A DNA stretch of 64,000 bases from Candidatus Woesearchaeota archaeon (GTDB lineage Archaea > Nanobdellota > Nanobdellia > Woesearchaeales > ARS49), in NCBI GenBank assembly GCA_018302815.1, contig JAGVZE010000015.1, positions 2,328-66,327 on the forward strand, written 5' to 3'. This document shows, one piece after another, positions 19,435-27,857 of the stretch. The notes below the pieces were generated by a model, which made no database searches, was not told where the DNA came from, and was given only the letters and a program-made list of their open reading frames with translations. The translations under genes were made by a program, and so were the position numbers. The number at the start of each line of letters is the position of its first letter. Within the stretch, counting starts at the first letter, position 1.

Positions 19435-20049
19435 TTGATGAAATCTCAATCAATTGTAATGTTATCCAGCGCATTGCTATTATTATTCTTATTCGGATGT
19501 GTTTTTGAGCCGGTGAACCCACCTAAAGATTCACCCGTGATTGAATCAGAAACTCATGTAGAACCTACATCGCAAGATAATCAAACAACTTCGCAGGGAT
19601 CCGCTGTTGAAGCGCCAGTCGAAGAACCAGCTTTCGCGCAAAATGAAACTGCGGCCACGCCTGCAGAATCAAATGAAACTTCAGCAAATCAAACGAATGA
19701 AACACAGAAAATTGAATCGGCCCAGCCAGCAGTAAAGCTTTCGCCAAGAGAACAGGTAGAAATGGCAAAGCTTGTCGAAAAAGCAGTCATGAATTCACAG
19801 TGTTATAAGTTAAGCTGGGATGGAATAGAAGCACATCAGAGCGAACGACCGCTAAGCGTTGCTGTAGAACACACAATGCAATATCGCGAAGGAAAGAGAT
19901 TCACGGTTTGGATACACTATTTCCTAAAGCAGTCCCGTTTAATCCTTGATAGAGAAAGCATAACTGCAACAGTAGATGACTTGGTTGTGACCTGCAACGC
20001 GACAAATTTCACTATAAACTGGGAAAGAGCGCTGCAGACCAACAATTAG
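19435..20049 (+). CDS. lipoprotein-like hypothetical protein with low-complexity linker
   Basis: Signal with lipobox-like LFLFGCVF. Thr/Glu/Asn/Gln-rich linker, then a globular C-terminal domain. msrA follows 4 nt downstream. Confidence 0.4.
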   Translation: MMKSQSIVMLSSALLLLFLFGCVFEPVNPPKDSPVIESETHVEPTSQDNQTTSQGSAVEAPVEEPAFAQNETAATPAESNETSANQTNETQKIESAQPAVKLSPREQVEMAKLVEKAVMNSQCYKLSWDGIEAHQSERPLSVAVEHTMQYREGKRFTVWIHYFLKQSRLILDRESITATVDDLVVTCNATNFTINWERALQTNN

Positions 20050-20052
20050 AGT

Positions 20053-20517
20053 ATGGCATTCGCAACTTTCGCAGCCGGATGTTTCTGGCACGTTGAAGAA
20101 GCGTTCAGAGTGATAATCGGCGTCAAATCGACCAAAGCCGGATATACTGGCGGCAAGACCAAAAAGCCAACGTACGAACAGGTCTGCACTGACACAACAG
20201 GGCACGCAGAAGCAGTGCTTATCGAGTACGATCCGGCAACCGTTCCTTACAAGAAGCTTCTTGACGTTTTTTTCGTGATACACGACCCAACGCAAGTCGA
20301 TAGACAGGGGCCTGATGAAGGAACACAGTACCGGTCAGCGATATTTTATCATGATGAGAATCAACGCAAAGCAGCAGAAAAAGCGTTAAAAGAAGAACAA
20401 AGGAAACATGATAAGCCCATAGCTACTAAAATAGTTCCTGCTGGCGAATTTTATAAAGCAGAAGATTACCATCAGCAGTACTTGATGAAACGTGGAAGAA
20501 AAACATGCGGCATATGA
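20053..20517 (+). CDS. msrA: peptide-methionine (S)-S-oxide reductase
   Basis: [11 protein letters not shown] active-site motif (GCFWG variant) and conserved downstream GYTGG and YHQQY elements. Confidence 0.9.
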   Translation: MAFATFAAGCFWHVEEAFRVIIGVKSTKAGYTGGKTKKPTYEQVCTDTTGHAEAVLIEYDPATVPYKKLLDVFFVIHDPTQVDRQGPDEGTQYRSAIFYHDENQRKAAEKALKEEQRKHDKPIATKIVPAGEFYKAEDYHQQYLMKRGRKTCGI

Positions 20518-20565
20518 TTGTTTTATATATCTTAAAACCAATTATCCTCTAAAAGAGGTGATATT

Positions 20566-20832
20566 ATGAAGAAAACACAAGAATGCAAACTTGGACTTAC
20601 TGTGGGTATTTTCTTAGCGGTTGTGCACGCAGTATGGCTCTTCGCGGTAGCGGTTATGCCAAGTGCGACAAAAAGCTTCCTTGATTGGGCGTTAAAAATG
20701 CATCACGTAAACTTAGTATACGCGCTTGCGCCTTTTAACCTGCTCAACGCAGTATTGCTTGTCGCATTCGCATTTTTAGTTGGGTATGTATTTGGCTGGC
20801 TTCTTGGCACTATTTACAAGAGAGTCCAGTAA
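20566..20832 (+). CDS. small two-TM membrane protein, hypothetical
   Basis: 88 aa with two hydrophobic helices. Good spacing after msrA. Confidence 0.35.
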   Translation: MKKTQECKLGLTVGIFLAVVHAVWLFAVAVMPSATKSFLDWALKMHHVNLVYALAPFNLLNAVLLVAFAFLVGYVFGWLLGTIYKRVQ

Positions 20833-20905
20833 TTTTTTATTTCTATTTCATGGATACACAATGTTTATATATCGGTTATCCGATATTCGCTTTTTGGTGA
20901 TTTGA

Positions 20906-21505
20906 ATGAAACTCAAACAACTCGTGATGAAGAGATACGCCACAAAGGAATTTGATGGAAAAGTCATACCTCAAGATAAAGTAAATGAACTTTTTGAACT
21001 AATACGAATGGCTCCTACCTCGTTTAACATCCAGCCTTGGAAAGTCAAAGTAGTGACTGATAAAATGACAAAGGAAAAACTCTTTCCAGTATCATGGAAT
21101 CAGAAACAGATAACTACGTGCAGCCATCTCTTGGTTTTTTGCGCCGATAATGATATTCTTGGACTTGTAGATAAACTCGAAAAAGAAATGATTGCTGCAG
21201 GAGCTTCGCCTGAATCAATTAAAGGCTACGTTCAAATGATGCGTGATTTCGCAAAAGGACTAACTCCTGACCAGGCGCTTGTTTGGGCGCAAAAACAGGT
21301 ATATATTGCGCTTGAGAACGCGATGCTGGGCGCCACTGCCCTTGGGTTCGATAGCTGCCCGATGGAAGGCTTCAATTCCGCCGAATATCACAAGATATTG
21401 AAACTTCCAAAGAATCTGGTCGCAAGCGTGCTTTGCCCAATAGGGTATGCTGCAGATAAACCACTGCCTAAACTTCGATTCAAGAAAGAAGACTTGTTTT
21501 TTTGA
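20906..21505 (+). CDS. nitroreductase-family NAD(P)H-flavin oxidoreductase
   Basis: RYATKEF...APTSFNIQPWK N-terminal signature and C-terminal GxDSCPMEG region of the nitroreductase fold. Confidence 0.8.
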   Translation: MKLKQLVMKRYATKEFDGKVIPQDKVNELFELIRMAPTSFNIQPWKVKVVTDKMTKEKLFPVSWNQKQITTCSHLLVFCADNDILGLVDKLEKEMIAAGASPESIKGYVQMMRDFAKGLTPDQALVWAQKQVYIALENAMLGATALGFDSCPMEGFNSAEYHKILKLPKNLVASVLCPIGYAADKPLPKLRFKKEDLFF

Positions 21506-21550
21506 ATTTTTTCAGTTAGATTTATAAATGGGCGCAGTTGCGACCCTTGT

Positions 21551-22060
21551 ATGGAGAACTATATATTGCAGAATACAGTGGGTCCGCTCGTATTATGCGG
21601 AATACAAGGAACAGTAACGACACTCACGCCTCAAATTCCTCAAGGCCAAGGAATAGAATTCGGCATCTGGCAGCAGCAATTAAGAACCTCATTTTATACT
21701 GGATTCCACCGAAAACCGCCAGTTTACATAGTCGCGGACAGAACACGCCTTGCTGAAACATCAATAATCACAATCGGACTTGACTTCAAAGTCTCAAAAG
21801 AATTAATCAAACAAGTCGCCGGCTCATTCGGCCTTTGCCCAAGACAGGCAGACAAATCATTTGAAAGACGTATCAAAATAGACCTTTCAAACCTAGAACA
21901 AATGAAAGTCGATGAGTTCACAGAACTCTCCAAAAGGACAGGCATACCACTCGAATGCGCATTCGGAATGATACGCTACGCCAACTTCTTAACAATGCAA
22001 ATGGGAGTAGAACGAGACGATGCGATGAAACGAGCGCTTCAAGAGTATGGACCGAAGTAA
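21551..22060 (+). CDS. hypothetical protein
   Basis: 169-aa ORF, no recognisable motif. Confidence 0.35.
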   Translation: MENYILQNTVGPLVLCGIQGTVTTLTPQIPQGQGIEFGIWQQQLRTSFYTGFHRKPPVYIVADRTRLAETSIITIGLDFKVSKELIKQVAGSFGLCPRQADKSFERRIKIDLSNLEQMKVDEFTELSKRTGIPLECAFGMIRYANFLTMQMGVERDDAMKRALQEYGPK

Positions 22061-22082
22061 AATTTCTGATTTTAAATAAAAA

Positions 22083-22619
22083 ATACGCCGACGCCAGGAT
22101 TACTCGCAAACCTGCGGTTTGCGAGCTTTCAAATTCGCTTCGCTCATTTGAAATGAATCCAATTGTTCAAATCCCGTAACAAAGGTGACGATACAAAACT
22201 TCGTTTTTGAAATATGCCGACGCGGGGAGTCATACGACGCGAAGGATATCGCGAGGATGTCAACAACCACTCGTTAAAACAAGTGGCGTGTTTGACATAG
22301 TCACAATTAACCAATCCTGCTCGTGGTTGTTGAGCATGCTCGGAATGCCACCTAATTTGGTTTGCACAGGAGCAAACCACGATATAAAACCGGTGGCATT
22401 CCGACATGTCAAGGACTGTCATGCAGTCCGCAGATGTTCAAATCCGGCGTATAACCGCAGATTATGCTAGAACGAAGTTCTTTTGTAAAAATATATGCCG
22501 ACGCCGGGATTACACGCAAACTGCGGTTTGCGAGTTTTCAGGCTCGCTTCGCTCACCTGAAATGAACCTGTGGTTCAAATTCTTGTAGTGTCTGTTGAAA
22601 GAGCTTCGCTCTGAAAGTA
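22083..22619 (-). repeat. tandem array of three tRNA-Glu-associated structured repeat units (about 129, 281 and 127 bp)
   Basis: In the tRNA (minus) orientation each unit ends with AATCC(C/T)GGCGTCGGC(A/G)T, a copy of the tRNA-Glu 3' terminus; in unit B only the last 10 nt (GCGTCGGCAT) match. Each starts with an inverted T-loop segment (GTTCAAAT on the plus strand at about 22176, 22436 and 22573). Units A and C share a 9-bp hairpin (CTCGCAAAC-loop-GTTTGCGAG) and a second hairpin with a conserved loop GAGCGAAGCGA. Unit B carries modules shared with the Ser(TGA) and Ser(GGA) loci. Confidence 0.6.
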
Positions 22620-22694
22620 TGCCGACGCCGGGATTTGAACCCGGGTCTCAGCCGCGAGAGGGCCGAATACTTGACCGGACTATACTACATCGGC
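22620..22694 (-). tRNA. tRNA-Glu (anticodon CTC)
   Basis: Minus-strand sequence GCCGATG-TA-GTAT-AGTCCGGTCAA-GTAT-T-CGGCC-CTCTCGC-GGCTG-AGAC-CCGGG-TTCAAAT-CCCGG-CGTCGGC-A. D-loop AGTCCGG is archaeal Glu-like. D stem is weak (G.U and U.G pairs). No encoded CCA. The ORFs called over it (22595..22780, 22635..22970) are spurious. Confidence 0.75.
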
Positions 22695-22808
22695 TTAATG
22701 GCCCGAAGTCGTCAGGGAACCCTTGCGCTCGGCACCGGATTTCTGACGCGGGCAGTGCTAAAAGACCGCTATCCGTTTAAAAAGGTATCGCTCGAGATTT
22801 CAGGAAAA

Positions 22809-23261
22809 CTAATCGAATTCGCACACGGTATAACAATTCTGTCCAGTGCCGTCATACTTGCTCCTGCAGACTTTTTCGCAGTCATATTTTGCCGAAGGAA
22901 CATCAGGGCCTCCGCATCTGCCCACTTGATTGCAGTATTGCGACAAACACTGCTTGTTCTCTGCGCATAATTCGCCATCAGAAAGACTAGTCAAAGCACA
23001 TCTGCCGCTCACACATTTGGTAGGTTTTGCGCAATCGCAATCAGTTTGGCACGATTCGCCAACAACGCTAAAACCTTTGCAGGGAAAAGTGACTTGCGAA
23101 GGCTCTGCTATGGCTGGCTGTTCTATCTGTTGAGCGCACGCTGATAAAATCAAGAGCAACAAAACCCATATCATGCCTTGCGTTCTTAAGGGTGCATTTA
23201 AAAGAATTTCTATTCCATTTCGCCACGTGTATACTCTGAAAGCACTTTTCAGTCCTAGCAA
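22809..23261 (-). CDS. secreted cysteine-rich small protein
   Basis: Signal peptide (MIWVLLLLILSACAQQ). Mature region with 14 Cys in CxxxC and CxxC spacing (knottin or granulin-like pattern). Confidence 0.45.
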   Translation of the reverse strand: MLGLKSAFRVYTWRNGIEILLNAPLRTQGMIWVLLLLILSACAQQIEQPAIAEPSQVTFPCKGFSVVGESCQTDCDCAKPTKCVSGRCALTSLSDGELCAENKQCLSQYCNQVGRCGGPDVPSAKYDCEKVCRSKYDGTGQNCYTVCEFD

Positions 23262-23296
23262 TCAATATTAATGAATTTTTTATCAGTATTCTTGAG

Positions 23297-24034
23297 GTGG
23301 TCCTAATGACTCAACAAATAATTGAATATTCCACTTGGAAACAACAGCTCAAAACAGAACCTGCAACCGCATTGCCTCTTACAAGCAAAGTGTACGATCA
23401 AGTCGTACGAGCAGACCAGCCTGATGCTTTTGTTGGAAAACTGGCGGGCGGTCCAATGGGCGGAGTCGTTTGGCCTATCTACAACGCCATCGGCGAACAA
23501 TACCCCTCTTATGACCGTGAGACAAAAGACCTCGCACTAAGAAGCCTTCTTACAGTATTCGATTCACTCAATAAGGCAGAAGTTGATGGATCCCGCGGTG
23601 ATGGACACACAACAGGAATACGAGAACCGCTGTTATTATCTGATATCGGCATTGTCGCATTGCGTTACTGGCCTGGAATGGATGAAGGAAAACAGATTAC
23701 AGCTAAACACAAAACATTTTTGCATATTGAAAGCGAATTCATGCGCGATGGAATGTTCGATCCAACAAAAGTTCGGAGCGATTTCCTTGTAGGCTACGCA
23801 CTTTTGCGCTCAGACATGAGTAAATTAGGCGAATCGTACGTTAGCGCAGCAGAACCAGCATTCTTAGAACGGACTTTGCGCGGAATCGTCGGCCTTCGCT
23901 TCGGTGGAGCTTTGGCGGAACCAGCAGAAGGCATGGCGCGATTACGAAAACTTCTGCCAAAATCAACGCATGAACGAATAGTTCAGTATTCAACAGAAGA
24001 CGGCTGGGCAGATTATAAACAGTTCACACGTTGA
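23297..24034 (+). CDS. hypothetical protein
   Basis: 245-aa ORF, soluble, no recognisable motif. Confidence 0.4.
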   Translation: MVLMTQQIIEYSTWKQQLKTEPATALPLTSKVYDQVVRADQPDAFVGKLAGGPMGGVVWPIYNAIGEQYPSYDRETKDLALRSLLTVFDSLNKAEVDGSRGDGHTTGIREPLLLSDIGIVALRYWPGMDEGKQITAKHKTFLHIESEFMRDGMFDPTKVRSDFLVGYALLRSDMSKLGESYVSAAEPAFLERTLRGIVGLRFGGALAEPAEGMARLRKLLPKSTHERIVQYSTEDGWADYKQFTR

Positions 24035-25379
24035 ACGCGCGCTGAACCACTTCGCTTAGCGCAGGATGCACATGCACTGTATTAGCTACTTGATCAGCAG
24101 TCAACCCAGCTTTCATCGCGATTATCACTTCGTGTATGAGGATGCTCGCGTCTGTTCCTAATATGTGGCAGCCAAGAATTTTGCGTGATTTCGGATCGAT
24201 TAGCACTTTAACAAAGCCATCTTTGTCCTGAATGGCAGCGCCATACCCTGTTTGAATGTATTTGTGATGTCCTTTCAGGTATTTGATGCCTTTTTTCTTC
24301 AATTCATCTTCAGTCATTCCAACGCTCGCGACCTGTGGAGAGGTGAATGCTGCGTGAGGCATAGCGGTGTAATCGACTGGAATCTTTTTTCCGAATGCGT
24401 TCTGGATCGCCGACTGAGCTTCAAGATTGGCGCTGTGCTTGAACATCCATTTGCCAGCGATATCACCTATTGCCCAGACATTTTTTGCTGACGTTTCCAT
24501 AAATTTATTGACATTGATGAATCCGCGCTCATCAGTTTTGATGCCTGCGGCTTTGACATCAAGGAAGTCAGTATTAGGAACACGCCCTGTCGCGATAAGC
24601 AAAGCATCACCAGTTATATTTTTCTTCTTCCCATTCACAGTGTAAGAAACAATTATTGCCTTGTCTTTCTTCGCAACAGAATCAGTTGACGCGTTCAATA
24701 GGACATTGAACTTTCGCCGGTATACTTCGGTAAACTTCTTCGCTATATCTGAATCCTCATTGCCCATCAGCAACGGACCACGCTGAATGATTGTTATTTT
24801 AGTTCCAAGCGAACCAAAGAAATGCGCGAGTTCGGCGCTTATGTATCCTCCGCCGATTATGATGAGACGCTTTGGCTGTCTTTTCAGGCGAAGCGCTTCA
24901 TCTGATGTCAAAAATGGCACTTTTTCAAGCCCTGGAATCTTCGCGATAGACGGTCTTGAACCGGCGCATACAAACACTTTGTCTGCAGATATTCTTTCTT
25001 CATTCACTTCTATCTCGCGCTTGCCAACAAACACCGCGCTTCCTTTGAAGACAGTGATGTTACGTTCTGATTTGTTTCCTTTTTCTATCTCTTTCGCATC
25101 AGAATCCACTATTTTTGAAACACGAGAAACTATTTTTTTCCAATTAAGCCCGGTTACTTTTGATTTAATCCCGAAAAGCGAACTGCTGCGGATAGTCTGC
25201 ATAACATCTGCTGAATGGATAAGCATTTTTGAAGGAATACAGCCTCTGTTAAGACATGTGCCGCCAAATGGACCTGCTTCAACCACTGCGACTTTAAGAC
25301 CCTGCTTTGCCGCATAGGAAGAGATGATGAGACCTGAACCTGCACCTATAACAAGAACGTCAAAATGCCTCTTTTTCAT
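24024..25379 (-). CDS. FAD-dependent pyridine nucleotide-disulfide oxidoreductase (dihydrolipoamide dehydrogenase family)
   Basis: N-terminal FAD fold FDVLVIGAGSGL. Redox-active disulfide motif GGTCLNRGCIPSK. Second NAD(P) Rossmann motif (LIIIGGGYISAE). C-terminal dimerisation HPALSE-like region. Confidence 0.8.
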   Translation of the reverse strand: MKKRHFDVLVIGAGSGLIISSYAAKQGLKVAVVEAGPFGGTCLNRGCIPSKMLIHSADVMQTIRSSSLFGIKSKVTGLNWKKIVSRVSKIVDSDAKEIEKGNKSERNITVFKGSAVFVGKREIEVNEERISADKVFVCAGSRPSIAKIPGLEKVPFLTSDEALRLKRQPKRLIIIGGGYISAELAHFFGSLGTKITIIQRGPLLMGNEDSDIAKKFTEVYRRKFNVLLNASTDSVAKKDKAIIVSYTVNGKKKNITGDALLIATGRVPNTDFLDVKAAGIKTDERGFINVNKFMETSAKNVWAIGDIAGKWMFKHSANLEAQSAIQNAFGKKIPVDYTAMPHAAFTSPQVASVGMTEDELKKKGIKYLKGHHKYIQTGYGAAIQDKDGFVKVLIDPKSRKILGCHILGTDASILIHEVIIAMKAGLTADQVANTVHVHPALSEVVQRAFNV

Positions 25380-25477
25380 AAACTGACTGAGAGCTTATTC
25401 TCTTATAAAGTTTTGCACCCCTGTCCCGTGATGAATTTAACGCAAGGTTTTTAAACAGTCATTGGGCGTTCGAGGAT

Positions 25478-26761
25478 ATGGGTGTATCACCTCAAGAACA
25501 AGCGAAATCATTAATTTTGGCAAACCTTGCGAAGAAAGGATATCGTAAACTTCCGTTTGAGATATCGGTAGAAGAAAGGCACTTCGGTGGCTTAACGCAA
25601 ACTTCAGTACGCATACCTTTGCTTTCTCTGTGCGATTCAACTATAGTTCCTTTTCTTCTGAAACAGCTAGGAATAGTTACAAACTGCGAGTTCAGCACTA
25701 CGACCTCTTATCGCAATGGGGATGAGAACCTTGTTATTTGGTATGACTTAGGCAAGGACGCGCGTTTAGAGATAATTCGTAAAGGCGATTTAACAGATAA
25801 AGATATAGACCTTGTAGCTGATCTTTATCACGTTTGCAACGATTATGTAATACAGAGAAAAAAAGAGAAGGATAGTGATGATGATGATGCAACCGCGAAA
25901 CGTGATTCAAAACTTCTCACTATAGAACAGAAATTGACTGCGGCAGGAGCAATCGTTCATCCTCCAGGAACGCTCGATTTCAACGTGCTTTCGGGCTATC
26001 AGACACTTAAGACAGAAGTTCAAGAAACGATAATTCTTCGAATGAAACATCCTGAAGTCTACGAACAAGTCATGAAGGCGACCAGACAGCGCGAGGAGAA
26101 GCCGACAGCGCAGACAGTTCTTTTTGAAGGACCTCCCGGAACAGGAAAGACAACAATGGGACGCATAATCGCCTCGATTGTCGAATGTCCATTTATTTAT
26201 CTTCCTTTTGAACAGGTGCGAAGCAAGTATTATGGCGAGAGCGAGAGGAACTTCGGCGAAGTATTTGATTTGTGCGCAGATTATCCTCAATCAGTGCTGT
26301 TTCTTGACGAAATCGATACATTCGCAGGCTCCAGAACCGGCGATTCTAACAACGAAATATCGGCTCGCTTGCTTGGCGTGCTTCTTCGCAAAATGGATGG
26401 TTTCAAAGAGAATCGAAATGTTCTTGTTATAGGCACGACAAACCGTCCAACTGATCTTGACCCCGCGCTCAAAAGCAGGTTCAAACGAAGAATATACTTC
26501 GATCTTCCAAATTGCGTCGAACGCGCATACATATTCGAAGCTTATGCGAAACATCTCAATTCTGATGAAGTAGTGCATCTTGCACAGCTGACTGATGGCT
26601 TTTCAGGAAGGGACATATTGAACGCATGTCAAGCGACAGAAGAGCGATGGGCAAGAAACATCATCGAAGGAAAGGCAAAAGACCCAACTCCTGCCTATTT
26701 TGCTTATAAAGCAACTCTTGAGCAAAGAACCGAGAAAACGAAGGAAAAGTTAGGATTTTAG
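25478..26761 (+). CDS. AAA+ ATPase with unique about 190-aa N-terminal domain
   Basis: Walker A GPPGTGKTT, Walker B VLFLDEIDTF, second region of homology (IGTTNRPTDLDPALKSRF) and sensor-2 helix region. The N-terminal domain has no recognisable motif. Confidence 0.7.
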   Translation: MGVSPQEQAKSLILANLAKKGYRKLPFEISVEERHFGGLTQTSVRIPLLSLCDSTIVPFLLKQLGIVTNCEFSTTTSYRNGDENLVIWYDLGKDARLEIIRKGDLTDKDIDLVADLYHVCNDYVIQRKKEKDSDDDDATAKRDSKLLTIEQKLTAAGAIVHPPGTLDFNVLSGYQTLKTEVQETIILRMKHPEVYEQVMKATRQREEKPTAQTVLFEGPPGTGKTTMGRIIASIVECPFIYLPFEQVRSKYYGESERNFGEVFDLCADYPQSVLFLDEIDTFAGSRTGDSNNEISARLLGVLLRKMDGFKENRNVLVIGTTNRPTDLDPALKSRFKRRIYFDLPNCVERAYIFEAYAKHLNSDEVVHLAQLTDGFSGRDILNACQATEERWARNIIEGKAKDPTPAYFAYKATLEQRTEKTKEKLGF

Positions 26762-26867
26762 CCTCTAAAAAGCATACCTTTATAAAGGGGGAATGTATAT
26801 TTTTTCTCAGTATATCGAATCGAACTCGTTCTTTCGATTATAACTAACCACAACGGGGGAAAACAAC

Positions 26868-27023
26868 ATGGGATTTGGAAATGATTTCGGCGCACCGCGT
26901 GAAATGCACGACGCAAAGTGCAGCGACTGCGGCGCAGAGACAAAAGTTCCGTTCAAACCAACTGACGGAAAACCAGTCTATTGCCGTGAATGCTACGCAA
27001 AGCGAAAGCCACGCAGGTTCTAA
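26868..27023 (+). CDS. small zinc-ribbon protein (51 aa) with basic tail
   Basis: Not in the ORF track (under 60 aa). ATG preceded by GGGGGA RBS-like sequence and a TTATAA box about 27 nt upstream. Encodes MGFGNDFGAPREMHDAKCSDCGAETKVPFKPTDGKPVYCRECYAKRKPRRF with C-x2-C-x17-C-x2-C and a KRKPRRF tail. Confidence 0.5.
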   Translation: MGFGNDFGAPREMHDAKCSDCGAETKVPFKPTDGKPVYCRECYAKRKPRRF

Positions 27024-27095
27024 GACTTAGACCGGCTTCATTTTTCTCTTTTTTATTTTTTCAACATTTTCTCTTAATTCTTAAAAGCAGTAGAT

Positions 27096-27106
27096 TTAAA
27101 AAGTAA
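27096..27106 (+). promoter_or_regulatory. putative archaeal TATA box for tRNA-Ser(GGA)
   Basis: GATTTAAAAAG, A/T-rich box centred about 28 nt upstream of the mature tRNA 5' end. Confidence 0.35.
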
Positions 27107-27128
27107 ACAGAGCGCTCAAAAACCACGT

Positions 27129-27211
27129 GCTGTCGTCGCATAACCTGGTATTGCACAGGCCTGGAAAGCCTGACCCGCAAGGGTATCCCGGTTCAAATCC
27201 GGGCGACAGCG
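27129..27211 (+). tRNA. tRNA-Ser (anticodon GGA)
   Basis: Acceptor GCTGTCG/CGACAGC, 3-bp D stem GCA/TGC, anticodon arm CAGGC-CTGGAAA-GCCTG, long variable arm, T arm CCCGG-TTCAAAT-CCGGG, discriminator G. No encoded CCA. Confidence 0.85.
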
Positions 27212-27257
27212 TATATTTTCAGTTAAATAATTTTGTTCTAATCCGCTATGTTCTTAA

Positions 27258-27316
27258 CCGCCCGGATTTGAACATCCTCGCGATATCCTTCGCGTCGTAT
27301 GACTTCTGGCCACAGC
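27258..27316 (+). repeat. tRNA-Ser(GGA)-attached structured repeat unit
   Basis: CCGCCCGGATTTGAAC is the reverse complement of the tRNA T-loop/3' T-stem (15 nt). The module CATCCTCGCGATATCCTTCGCGTCGTATGAC (27274-27304) is the reverse complement of 22229-22259 in unit B at the tRNA-Glu locus. It ends CCACAGCG, mimicking the tRNA 3' end CGACAGCG. Confidence 0.55.
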
Positions 27317-27348
27317 GTGTAGTTTAGTCAAATAATCTCTTTTCAATT

Positions 27349-27804
27349 CTACTTGCAACTCTTAATCCCAAAAACCCATCTTTTGTCCTTGTCAAGCGAA
27401 CTTTTCCAAAGAGGCAGAAACTCCTTCCAAGAATATGATTCGTTCGGACCGTGCCACGGGTCGATAAGATAAATCTTTGAAGACGTAATAGATTTAACAA
27501 CCGCATAATGTCCCACCTTTTCTTTCGGGTCAAAGAAATTTATGATAAGTTCGAACCCGTCTTTAAGCATACGATTGATTTCACTTTGCTGGGCGTTCCT
27601 TAGAACGATATAGTCCATATTTAGTTTTTCAGCGAGTTGCGGAAACTGCTTATTCCAAGTGCCGCACATAGATGACGAACCCATCAATTTCTTTAACGCC
27701 GTCTCGGACTTTTTTATTCCGAATGACGCGAGAATCATTCGCATGCAAGCGGCGCCGCACGTGTAATCGGTTTGTTGTTTGAAGAAAGGTATTTTCATTG
27801 TCAC
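27349..27804 (-). CDS. papain-like cysteine peptidase, C39-family domain protein
   Basis: QQTDYTCGAACMRMIL (oxyanion Gln plus catalytic Cys) and a downstream GHYAVV His, as in bacteriocin-processing C39 domains. 151 aa, no transporter fusion. Confidence 0.55.
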   Translation of the reverse strand: MTMKIPFFKQQTDYTCGAACMRMILASFGIKKSETALKKLMGSSSMCGTWNKQFPQLAEKLNMDYIVLRNAQQSEINRMLKDGFELIINFFDPKEKVGHYAVVKSITSSKIYLIDPWHGPNESYSWKEFLPLWKSSLDKDKRWVFGIKSCK

Positions 27805-27857
27805 TCTTTTTAAAAATTCATTTTCTTCTTTAAATAAAAATGTTTGGATTCAGAATT

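Noticed and set aside
22083-22619. CRISPR array suspected because of tandem repeated units next to a tRNA
   Set aside because: Units are 127-281 bp with diverged sequence. There are no short identical direct repeats with unique spacers, and no cas genes.
22083-22619. Units A, B and C as intron-containing or permuted tRNA-Glu paralogs
   Set aside because: I could not assemble a cloverleaf. The T-loop motif and the acceptor 3' strand lie on opposite strands in each unit, and no anticodon arm or bulge-helix-bulge motif is identifiable.
22595-22970. ORFs 22595..22780 and 22635..22970 (+)
   Set aside because: They run across tRNA-Glu and the antisense of the Cys-rich protein gene. They have no RBS or promoter context and are considered spurious.
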